A stretch of 64,000 nucleotides of DNA from assembly GCF_964355755.1 (NCBI RefSeq), contig NC_092672.1, forward strand, positions 4,526,001 to 4,590,000, read 5' to 3'. Within the stretch, counting starts at the first letter, position 1. Each line of letters begins with the position of its first letter. Source of the stretch: Antedon mediterranea. Lineage: Eukaryota; Animalia; Echinodermata. The translations under genes and the position numbers were made by a program. The notes beneath the pieces are model-generated. The model did no database searches, was not told the DNA's origin, and worked only from the letters and a program-made list of their open reading frames with translations. Positions 38,901 to 52,000 of the stretch are shown piece after piece.

Positions 38901-39961
38901 CTATTAGTTTATGAGGATGGAGAACACAACCAGGCAGCAAGACCCAATTGTAGAGGACAGAAATTGGGTGTCTCAATGACATCATAATCTAGAATGGACA
39001 GGAATGAACACAGAATAGGCAGGAATGAGCATGAGTAGAAAGAGTATAGATAAGGCAGTAAGGAACACATGAATGGCAAGATTGAACATAGAATAGTCAG
39101 GATTGAACATAGAATAGCCAGGATTGAACATAGAATAGCCAGGATTGAACATACAATTGGCAATATTGAACATAGAATAGTCAGGATTGAACATAAAATA
39201 GTCAGGATTGAATATAAAATAGCCAGGATTGAACATAGAATAGCCAGGATTGAACATAGAACAGGCACGAAAGAGCATAGTGACTCTTTTTAGTTCCAGA
39301 TAAATTGTTTGTCTAAGATAAACTGTTTGTCTAAGATAAATTGTTTGTCTAGCCAGATTAATTACTTGTCTACAAGGGACATTTCACTGATAAAAGGATA
39401 TACTGTACTTAAAAAAATCAATCTGTAATCTATTTTTTTCCTCCAATAAATAACTTTTATAAAAGCTATTTCACTCAAACAGACAGTAAAAAGCATTGTG
39501 TCATCACCTTGTTAAGTCACTTGATATCACTGCATTGTTTTTACAGCATCACAAACACAACATATCATTTAATCATATTCAGATAATTTTCAACAAGAAA
39601 CAACAAACACACAATGCGCTATTTTACAATGTCAGAATTGATTAGAAAAACAATGTTGACATATTTCTAGCGACATGGCTAAGGTATTGGTCTTGGTGTA
39701 CTAAACATGTATGCGACTTGATCAATCATTCTTAATGGGATTGTGTTTGTACGAAGCGAGTTGGTGTTGACGTAATTCTTACGTTGTAAGTAGAAGGCAT
39801 GTCATTATTTTTTATTCTGGCAATCATCAGATTACAAGTGGCGTATAAAATAAGTTTACATAAACAAGGTTGAATGGCAACCTCTGAAACTCAATTCTAA
39901 AGTAATATTGTCTGTTTCTTATTGTGTATTCTAAAACTGCAGTAGAATATTCCCAGGAACA

Positions 39962-40000
<39 letters not shown>

Positions 40001-43000
40001 CCAAAGGCTAATTACTGAAAAAAATGACAATGCTGTGGGTATCAGTGGCTGGATCTCAATGGAGATAAAAAAAAAAAAGCGAAAAGCTAAATCAAAACGA
40101 TAAAGTAAACAGCCAGAAAAGTTAGCAGAGCTTTCGGGCAATACTAGCCCTTCATCATATATATATATAAACACATTAGGCAATGAACATTAATTCAAAA
40201 CCGCCCGGTGATATACTGAAATTTAATTAATTAATTTGAAACGATAAAGATGAGGAAATCTGTGAGAATGAGAAAAAGTCGCCCCAACTGAGACTCGAAC
40301 TCGGACTGTCTGCTTGATATGTTTGGTATTGTTCAAATTCGATTGGATAGCGACTCTTTAACATTCTCGGTGTGGTACGGCGGAACAGCACTAGTCCTCA
40401 GTTGTATATAAATAACAATAGATTTTATTATATGTTATTAAGTAAAGAATCACACTGGTTTAAATACAAACATACAGTAGAGCTATATTAAGGGGACACC
40501 ATTGGGACCCAAAAACTTTCTCCTTTCACCACTTGAAAATATTTGTACCATCACACTCATAAACATTCATTATTTGTACCATCACACTCATAAACCTTCA
40601 TTATTTGTACCATCGCACTCATAAACATTCATTATTTGTACCATCACACTCATAAACATTCATTATTTGTACCATCACACTCATAAACATTCAATATTTG
40701 TACCATCGCACTCATATACATTTAATATTTGTACCATCGCACTCATAAACATTCATTATTTGTACCATCGCACTCATAAACATTCATTATTTGTACCATC
40801 ACACTCATAAATATTCATTATTTGTACCATCACACTCATAAATATTCATTATTTGTACCATCGCACGCATAAACATTCATTATTTGTACCATCACACACA
40901 TAAACATTTATTATTTGTACCATAACAATCATAAACATTCATTATTTGTACCATCACACTCATAAACATTCATTATTTGTACCATCGCACTCATATACAT
41001 TCATTATATGTACCATCGCACTCATAAACATTCATTATTTGTACCATCGCACTCATAAACATTCATTATTTGTACCATCACTCATAAACATTCATTATTT
41101 GTACCATCACACTCATAAACATTCATTATTTGTACCATCGCACTCATAAACATTCATTATTTGTACCATCACACTCATAAACATTCATTATTTGTACCAT
41201 CACACTCATAAATATTCATTATTTGTACCATCACACTCATAAATATTCATTATTTGTACCATCACATGCATAAATATTCATTATTTGTATATTAGGTTAT
41301 CCGTTCTCAAACAAATTTTTGTGTGAGATCTGACACATGTTCAACAGCTTTGAATAAAAGTTAATTTTTTGCATATACTGTATATGTAAAAAATACACAG
41401 TTTATTTAAAATTATCCTCTAGGTCTGCGAACACAATGCAGTACCAACTCATATTACCAATTATGTAAAACTAGATAAAACCATAGCAACAATTTATGGA
41501 CAATCAATCAATATTTAACTATAAATAATCTTTTTCAATGATCTTCAATTAATATTATGTAAACTTGGAGAAAATTAATTATACAACATACAAAAAAAAT
41601 TTGTTATGGAAAAATATGCAATATTTCTGGTTCTCAGAAAATTACTAATTCATGAATAAATGTATAGATATAGAGCAATTTAGTTATTAATTAGACAACA
41701 AAAGCAAAATACAATGGATGTCTTTGTTAAAAATGTCCATGGTTCTGGTGGTAGAACGAGTCTTCTTGGATAAGGACTATAATAGGTCCATAGTGTACAC
41801 ATCTAGCTCATCTGCACTTTAAAGAGCCTAGTACATCTTTCGAGACGAGTAAGGGGTTACCCCCGGTGTATTAGTAGGCCTACATCACAGCCACTGATCA
41901 TGACTGGGGGGTGGAGACCATTCTTTGACTGAAGAGGTCGCACAGTATAAATACATTATTTCAATTCTTACCGTTCATGTTGTACTCGTTACCGATCTCA
42001 CTAATTGAGAACAAGCTGTTGTCGTTATCTTCTTCGTCAACTTCAATAATGTCTTCAAGATCGCTCCCGCCATGGTGGTCACTCCGAGCATGTGCATCAT
42101 CTAAAAAAAAGATCGACATTCTTTCTTTGGTCATAAACCACAGAGTGTAACATGAAATTTGGTTTCCCGGTGTTTAGAAAAATGATTTAAATCAACCTAA
42201 TTAATAGAGTTATTTATTTTTTATTTTTTATTTCATTTTTTATTTTGTATTTAATTTTTATTATGTATTTAGGCACATGTGACCAAGGATTACCAATAGC
42301 AAACTAATCCTTGTCCTATTAGATAGGTGATAATCCTCCCCTCCTCGGAAATGAAGAAAATTTAAAATAATGTCCCTTTAAACTATATACATAGTTTTAT
42401 CTTTATTTATCTTTCTAAACTCTTTAAATATTATATACTGTATACTATATTATAAATCACTTTTCTTCAATGAATATTTCTTAGAAAATTCTAAGAGAAT
42501 TGATGCATTAAATCAGGTGCAAAGCTGAGTGTGATGTGTCCCAATATGGTATTAATATACCCAAACATGGTAGTGATATGACATCATCATGTCCATATAT
42601 GGGCACATCACATTTTGTTGTCACATAAAGTTTGATAGTGTAGAAAAGTCTTAACAATATTCACAATTGTAGATAGTGTAAATTAAATAAATCAGATATG
42701 ATGTTAATAACTTACACTGATTGGGCTTTACTTTATTGACAGCATCTTCTTCACTACTGTTAAAATCTAAATCTCTCAATTGCGAGTTTAGATCATCTGT
42801 GCGAAATAAAAAAAGTTTAAAGCTTTATTTTTTGTTAGATAAAATGAACAGATTGAAAATTATTGATAATCATTGTAATGTCTAAAGCTCTGTCTGCCCT
42901 ATCAAACTTTACGAGAAACAAAAATGTGATGTGCCCATATATGGACATGATGATGTCATATCACTACCATATTTGGTATATCACTACCATATTTGGGCAC

Positions 43001-46000
43001 ATCACACGTTTTTTTGTCAAACTAGTTTGATAGTGTAGACATAGCATTAGATTTTAAATTATTGATAATTGTAATGCTTAATGATGATGGAGATGGATGA
43101 TGATGATAATAATGATTATATTGACAACTAGATCATTATCAATGATGTACAGAATAAAATATTGATGAAATATATTTTAAAACAACAGATAAATGAAGAC
43201 CTTAACACCTACAACCTATAGACCTACACCATAGTATATACAATTTACATTGAAGTTCCACCAACACCACCATATTGTGTGTTCTAAATAAGGAACATTT
43301 GAAGTGAAATCATGAAATCACAAAAGAAAATATTACTAAAAAGTGTGTCTTAAAAATAAATTGAATAAAAAATAAAACAAGAGAAGTAAACATACATTAA
43401 AAATACTTGGGTATAGGACTATAATTTCCAGTAACTGAGGAATTGGTAAAATTAGAATGGTTTCTTTAACAAATATCTTATTTTATCTCAAATTAGAGCA
43501 ATCATTTTGGTTCATGTTATTCAACATATATTATAAAACAAGCCACTTTAAATGGAAGTTTTAATTTATCTTCTTTCATTTACTTTAATACATACAAAAG
43601 CATTTAAGCTATTTACAATCATTAGCTAATAATCTGAAATTTAAAAGGATTTAGAAGACTGAGTATTTTGTAAATTAAAATTGAAAATTTAAAAGGATAT
43701 AAATTTGACTTCACACTTGGTAAAAGCATTAGATAATATATATTTTAATATGAGTTTATATAGATTTCAGTGTAATATAGTTTAGTATTGAGAATATGAT
43801 AGGTATAATTATAGAATGATTTTATAGAGGATGGCCAACTTTAATAAAAATAAATATGATATGTTGGGTAAGTTCTCTTTAAATCTTTTTAAACTTTGAA
43901 CTACAAACATGGTATAATATTTATCTAGTAAAATTATTTAATTAATTTATTGTTATTTCTAAAAGGATGATCTTCACATTTTTTTAGTACATAGGGGTCT
44001 AAAAAAATATACTTGAATAAAAAAATATATAATCAGGATAGATAATACCCTAAATGTAGAACACTAATTAACCAAAAAAAGAATGTTTAAGTATAAGAGA
44101 TTTCCTTTTTCTTCTAAATTGGTAAAATCCGAATAAATTGCAAAGAAAACCAGAAGTGATAAAAAAAAACCTGAAATACCCTCCAAAAGGTTTGTAAAGC
44201 AAGGAACTTCACTTACATCTTAGATTTTAGTTAGACCTTGTTTCCGTTTAGAAATTCTTTCATTTAATTCGAAAAAAATACTAACACAGTCATTAGTAAA
44301 AGTAGAAAATTAAAGATAAAGAGAATTTTATGAAGATATAAAAAGGTGAAATTCCTTGTTTTACAGAAATTGAGAATAAAGCTTTCAAAATGACAATATC
44401 CTGGTGTGTAAAAAACCTTTTAAAGATTCTCGAGTCGCAAGTTGCGGGTAACTCGAGAGGGAGTCCTTCTCCATGACGTGAAAACTCATTAGAGAATCTC
44501 GGTCAAAATCGTCCTCGGGGGAATCGCTAAGAGAATCATGCACGATTCCTTGGAATTCTAATAAAGGATCTATTGTAATATAAATAAAGATGAAATTAAA
44601 TAATTAGATTAGATATTTTCTTCACAATAATTTCTTCTCATCAATGATGATATTTAGGTTAAAGAATTAGAACAAGAGGGGAGAAAGAAGGGAATTAGAA
44701 GTAAACTAAACAAGATTAAACTTTGTAAATACCAAACGTAATTATGATTCACATACTTCTACAATTTGATTTATACAATAAGTACACATACTTTAAAAAT
44801 TAACTTTAAAAATTTGTTTTCTTCTTATCTTTAATATAAAAACATTCTGTAGCAATTTCAATGTTTTGTAATATGACAAATGACTTTGATGAAATCTATA
44901 CGCTATCACTATCAAACTTTATTTCACAAAAAATGTGATGTGCCCATATGAAAATGATGATGTAATATTATTACCAAATTTGGGCACATCATACATTTAT
45001 TGTCTAACTAGTTTGATAGTGTGGACAGAGCTTTACTGTGTTAAAAAAATGTGTCAAACAAGTTTACAAGTCAGATTCTAGATAAAATAGCTGTTCCCTG
45101 AGAAGGATCCAACTGTTTTCACTCTTTCCTAGATTCTGTAAACTTTGGAATGGTCTTCCCTCAGATTTAAGTGAGCTTGCTCTCCTTGGCAGGTTTCAAG
45201 AATTTGAGACTAGTCTTCGCCAACACTATTTCTTTTGATATTATCTGGTCCCTGCTGTATTTATTTATTTATTTTTCATAACGTCTTAGATTTTAATTAA
45301 TTTTTTTTTCCCTCATTTATATTACCTGTATATTTATTTTATATTTTATTTCTGTTAAAGGAAAGTCTTTAAACAGTGATTGGGTTCGCTCTTGACAATC
45401 CTGGCTTTTTGTTTCATTTTGTATTTTTATGTATTCTGTTGTATATATATGCCGATATTGAATAAATCAAATCAAATCAAATCCAAATTGATGCATTTGC
45501 TGATGCCAAGATGCTGACTAAACAGTGTGTGAGTGATTCTGTTATGATATAAACTTGAACCATCGCAGTGCCTGATCCAGGATTTTGAAAACACTACGAC
45601 TCCAAAGTATGGCATGTCTTCCCGATTGTGTTTCTACAAAATGTAGTGTTTGCAACAGAATGTAGCAGCTTCGCGATTCAATTAAAGTCAGTCTTTAACG
45701 AGATGTGAAATAACAAAACTGTGTATGAAACTTGCATCAGCTGTTACTTTGACCAAGTTGAATCTTATGTAAGCTTCTTCAAATCATATTTTTTAGTATG
45801 AAATCAGTATGAACATTCCCCTATGTTTTTGAATATGGAGATTTGCTATAAAATGAAAAATGAACTCTAAAACATGGTAAGTTCTACATGTCGTGATAAC
45901 TGTGATAGAGTGCTGTATATATGTCATTGGATTATGATTATAAAATTGTATTAATGCTAGACTACAACATTACAAGACACAAATCTAAAGTCTACTAAAT

Positions 46001-49000
46001 GCACTACATCTAAACAACATGGGTATCAACTACAGGTCATTACAGCAAAGTAAAGTATTTATTAAGAGGACACCAAAGTTGTCCCCTTAATAAGGGTTCT
46101 ATTATTTCATATAGAAGCGATGTAATTTTAATAGTGATGAGCATATTGGTATAATTTAACAATTATTTAACAGTAATTTTAAAATATATTTGATTATTGC
46201 ATCATATAAGGTGATACAACTATACTAATAAGTCACATCCCCAAACAATTTATTCTTATAAAAAAAAAGTACTATTACATGATCGTTAAATAGAATGTAT
46301 TATTGCACATCATGTGACCAACAATATTCTAATAAAATGACAAGGTGTTTTATAAAAGGTGATATTGTAGCAGATAATTTAAAAGGGATACAGGTACCCC
46401 ATGCCATATCAACTTATGACATTTAGATTAGAAGTTCATCACAAAATTATTACATCACATAGCGCAAGCATTCAGACAGATGATAAACTAAATCGCATGA
46501 TGATCGCAGGGTGATCGCATGCAAAAGGGCTATGCATGGATTAAACAACAAAACAAATGAGGTTAGTTTCTATAGCTACTGTGTGTTAGTCTCCTCACCT
46601 TCAGACCCTTGCGAATGATTCGTATTCACTAACATAGGAACAGCGCCATCTATAGAGTCAAGCATTACAGAAAAGCTATCATACTATCAAATGCAATATT
46701 TTAGTCAACCACATATTAATATCATGCTTAAATTATTTTTAGAATAGAATATTCAACAACAGGCTTAATGATTTGTATTGGTTTCTTTCAAAATTCAAAT
46801 ATTTATACAAAAATCACAATTAAAGACATCTAGAAAAAATGATTGACCCAATTAATATATATGTATCATTATATAAAGGATGCTTTATATAGATATATAT
46901 AAATCAATCATTTAAAAAAAAATTATTTTTAAGAATTTCTGGATCTCTGAATGAGGCAACACAAATTACCCACATTACTTTAGGCTTATTGTTGACCGTT
47001 AATAAATTCGGTTATTGCTGCATGATCAAAGTAAAATGAACATGCAATGTGCAAATGAAATTAAAACATTAGTGAAAATATAGGTGAGTGGTTGTGCGAG
47101 TTTATTGGACAAACATGAAACAAAGCAAAAATAAATTGATTAAGACAGATTTGTAATAATTAAATGATACTAAATTATAATGTGTCCAGCACACAAATCA
47201 GGGTGGAATCAATCAATTTAACATCCCTTAATGAACTAAATCATAATTAGTGACAACAATTTTATTAAATAATTGATTTTAAAAGCATTTTTGGGCATTC
47301 AATTAGAAGTTTTTCACAATTGACAACAAACTTAGCTAAAAAAAATTGAAATGTGTAAAAATAAACTTTCTCAACCTATTGAACCTTATGTTAGTATCCC
47401 AATATCCCAATATGCAGTGGCATAACAGAGGATGCATAGGCCCCTGGTTTAGCTTTCCTATGGGGGCTTCCAATGCTAGGTAATTGGGCTGCTCATACTC
47501 TGGGCCCATGGGTTAAGCCACTGCCAATATGTTACCAATATATAATGATTAAATTATGCAACCAAAAGAAGGTATCATAACCAAGTTACATACACTAAAC
47601 TATTGTTATATAAATTAATATTCAAATCAAATCAAATTTAATATAAAATTGTAACACAATTCTTTATTTTAAAAATAACAAAAAATTAATAAAATTCAGA
47701 ATAGAGATTTTAATATCATAGATGAAATATATATATTGCACAAACAATTGTTAGTTATCCTACTTAAAATTAAATTATATTTTAAACCCTATTTAGCTAG
47801 AGAATGATTATTCAATAAAAAAATTAAATTAATCACGGTAAATATATGATGAAGGTGAGACTGGTCATAATGATTATGATGGTAAATAATGATACTAATA
47901 AAGATGATTTATGATGATGGTGACAATGATGGTGACATTGATAGTGACATTGATAGTGACAATGATGGTGGCAATAATGGTGACAATGATGGTGATAATG
48001 ATGGTGACAATGATGGTGACAATAATGGTGACAATGATGATGACAATGATGATGACGTTGATGGTGACAATGATGATGACAATAATGGTGACCATGATGA
48101 TGATGGTGACAATGATGATGACGATGATGGTGACAATAATGGTGACAATGATGATGACAATGATGATGACAATGATGGTGACAATGACATTGACAATGAT
48201 GATGACAATAATGGTGACCATGATGATGATGGTGACAATGATGATGACGATGATGATGACAATGATGATGACAATGATGGTGACATTGATGGTGACAATG
48301 ATGGTGACATTGACGGTGACAATAATGGTGACAATGATGATGACAATAATGGTGACCATGATGATGATGATGACGATGATGATGACAATGATTGTGACAA
48401 TGATAGTGACAATGATGATGACAATGATGTTGACAATGATGTTGACAATGATGGTAAGACTTACATTCAGTGAACTTTAAATCAACATTAACACATAAAC
48501 ACAGAAGTGAATGTGTAGGAGGAGTGAATAGGATTAAATATATGACGAATTTGACAACAAATATTTTGATACAAAGAGCATTTTACTGGAATGTTGCAGA
48601 ATAATGTTATGTGTATTGTGCCATGGAAAATGAACAAGTCATAACAATTTATGGCAGAAGACGAAAAAGTCTTGAACTCTGACCTTCATACAAATTACGG
48701 TGAAAACAAAAAATTAAACCTTCCATAAATGTTACCAAAATAATATCAATCATTGTGGGCAATAAATTTGGTTAATGTTGCTAAGTAATCGAGGTTGCTC
48801 TTTTCACATTTTTTGAAATTATATATTATGACATGCATTAAAAGAAAAACAATTCCGAAAGGTTATTGTTGAGTTTCAAAGATTTTGCCATAAAAAATTT
48901 CTAAAACCAACTAATTCGTCACCTGTGCCAAAAGTCCAAGATGAATTAGTTTGACATTTAATGAACAAAAATAACATTTGTTTAAGTGAGGGTGAATTAA

Positions 49001-52000
49001 ATGGATTGGTTCGTTTTTCATGCACTAGATGCTATGAGCATGGTTGAGCAATTAGCATCAATGTGCAGACTAGACTTCAAAATACAGACTCATTAACAAA
49101 CATTTACCTGGATTGTCAAGCAAATCTTTGGCGTCTGGACAGAGACAAGTCACACGACAAAAAAAATATTGTAAATAAAAATCAACACAATAACATAGAG
49201 TTTATGAAACAGGGTTAAACATTGGGGACATTTTTAGTTGCAAAAAAAAAAGCGAAAAAGATAAATAAAAATAATTGAGTATTAATAAATAATTTGAAAA
49301 TATTTAACAATTGAAGCATGCAACTTTAATTGGTATAATATTATAAATAAATGGTGTTATACAATATTAATAACGTTTAAAATTGTAAAAATTAACAATT
49401 TTGTTTAAAAAAAAATAGGAACAACTGGTAATATATGATAATGCTACTTAAAATATCAAAAAATATGGATAGGAAATTGTATATTAATTGCTACCAAATA
49501 AACATACAATAATTCTTGCAGAGGGGAAATTGGAAAGACAATAATATAACCCACAGGCGTTATAGTTTTTGTTTGGTTTCGTAAATTAAATGGTAGATTG
49601 TCTATGAAGCTTACCAGCGATTCTCTCAATAAAGTTTCCTGGGACAAGGCCACGTTCTCCGCTCATCAGCTCACCCTCATAAAAACCATCCTGAAACAAT
49701 AATATATATAGCTCTGTCAAAAATAGGGTGATGTGCCCAAATATGGTAGTGATATGCTATGGTAGTGATATGTCCATATATGAGCACATCACATTTTTTT
49801 TGTCACATAAAGTTTGATAGTGTAGACAGAGCTTTATGTAGAAAAAGAACATTATGTGTTTTAAACTACCATAATGTATTTACATGAACATTTTCCATAG
49901 CAAAGTTTTGTTAGTTTAGTTATATAGACAATATTGGTCATAATTCATACTAGAAAGAGGTCTTTATTGTAAGCAAGATTGGAGTAGTTGGTTGAGTAGT
50001 TACTATATTATTATAAACAGTTAATAATTTAATGGGATGATTTCAATTCTAATTCTCAACCCTAGTTCCAGACATGCCAAGTTGAGAAAGGGGTTCACTG
50101 AGATGCTGCCTCAAACCTGTAACTTGTCAGTTTTGCAATTTATCCAAATTAAAGCATGTGTCAAAAAAGATTAGTTTTTGTTTGGCTAATGGTTGAAATC
50201 CAAAATTCAGGTTGAAAAGTAACAAGATTAACACACATAAAGCTTACTTTAATATATAGGCTATTTATATTGACATAGAAAATAGGTTGATTGAGAAGCT
50301 ACAGCCCAAGGGACCTCATTGCTAATAGTCCAAAGGTCTAAGTAAATTAAATTTGATCTTCAAAATTGTAAATGCTTTATTTTCCACTGATAATGAAAGA
50401 TGCTGTATGTGCTTACTTATATCTTCGATAGATATTTAGAACACTGTATTAACAGGTATTTTAATAAAACTAATAGAAACTGACAAATATTAAGGGATTT
50501 ATAGTATAACATCTATGAAGTGGACAACTTCGGGAGAAAATGAAGTGTAGGGGTGTCAAGAAATATGGGTGGGTCATAGTGTCAACAAACATTCTGTATT
50601 ACTCTTCATTCATGATACAGGAAAGTGTCCATTTAATAGGTCTCTCCTGAAAAGAGGTTTCCCCTGAATAGTGGTGTTCCAGAACTACTGTATATGATCT
50701 ATGATGATATGATCTACCCCCTACTCCAATCTCATTTTGTATCGTTTCTTCCATGGGTTTGCAGCCCAAATAAAGTAGAATTAATACCTCATCTGCATCT
50801 CCATATACATAGATGTATTCACCCGCTTTGAGTGGAAGCTCTGAATCGGGATTCTCATTTGGCGAGTCAGAAGAGGGCGTGTAGTTGTAACGTGCAATGA
50901 AAACAGCGAGTTTGTTGATACTTGCGGATTGAAGACGTTGTAACATTTTTACATCAACATCATCGGATTCAGTCTGTAGAAAGAAAAACGTTATCAATTT
51001 TGTTATGATAACTTCCTTATACTGCCCACCGATTTAGGCGAATGCATATTTAAAAACACAGAACTAAGAGGCGTATAATAGGCCTACTTTGAAGTAGTGG
51101 CTGTGTGTGACAGTGGCCGTGTGAACTAGTACACCGGGATAACCGCACTACTTGTATAAAAAGATGTACTAGGTTCTTTCATTACTCCATGGTTCATTAA
51201 AGTGCACATGAACATTTTCTGTACACTGGACCTACTGTTTATAGTCATTATCCGAGAAGACTTGTTCTACCACCAGAACCATGAAGAGAGTGAGGCTCGA
51301 ACCCTTGCCAATATAATGGCAATGGTCCAACCACCCTCTAAAATTTGCGCCATATTCAAGAGTTGATGTAATTTTCAAGAAGGGCTTATAGACATAGCCT
51401 AGCCTTGACTCCGGACCCAGCAATGCTGAGCTCCGGAAACAAGTTAACAAGTAATGGATTACGGTTCCACTGTCTTAACCGCTCAGCCACTCACTCATTT
51501 TTATCATTATTAATAATTATGGTGATGCATCAGACTCTACCTCATTGCGTTTCACAGAAGCTTAATGTCACGCAAATAAATAATTACGACTAAAAAAAAA
51601 ATAAACCAACATAATAAAATAAGAGGAGATGAAATAATGCAATATATTCATCATACATTGTATTGTTAATCTACCGTCGCTCATATTTCACTCATCACAT
51701 TCTCAACTTACCTTTCGGCTGCCAGTTCTCCTTGCACGGTTGTCAGAAAGTAATGATCCACTTTTGGACAGATCTGAAATATTCAAAGACATAATACTAT
51801 CATTAAAAACTCATGGGGAAGATTACAACCTTTCCCTCAACCTACTTTTAACCATAAAAAAACAACTGAAAACATAAAAAAAAATACATTTTGCAAAAGT
51901 TTAATGCATGTTCTAAAAGTTGTTTAAAAGAACAGCGAAACTTTATATACATTAATAATATTTTTCAAAGGTTTGCATGGGAAATTAGCACTAGTAAAGA

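Noticed and set aside
40270-40320. tRNA-like B-box sequences (also near 7655 and 16495)
   Set aside because: No complete cloverleaf; most likely SINE head remnants, so no tRNA gene was called.
47889-48480. 194-aa Asp/Asn/Gly-rich ORF resembling a biomineralisation protein
   Set aside because: Open in four frames because of a triplet satellite; no signal peptide or splice context; antisense within a RIMBP2 intron.
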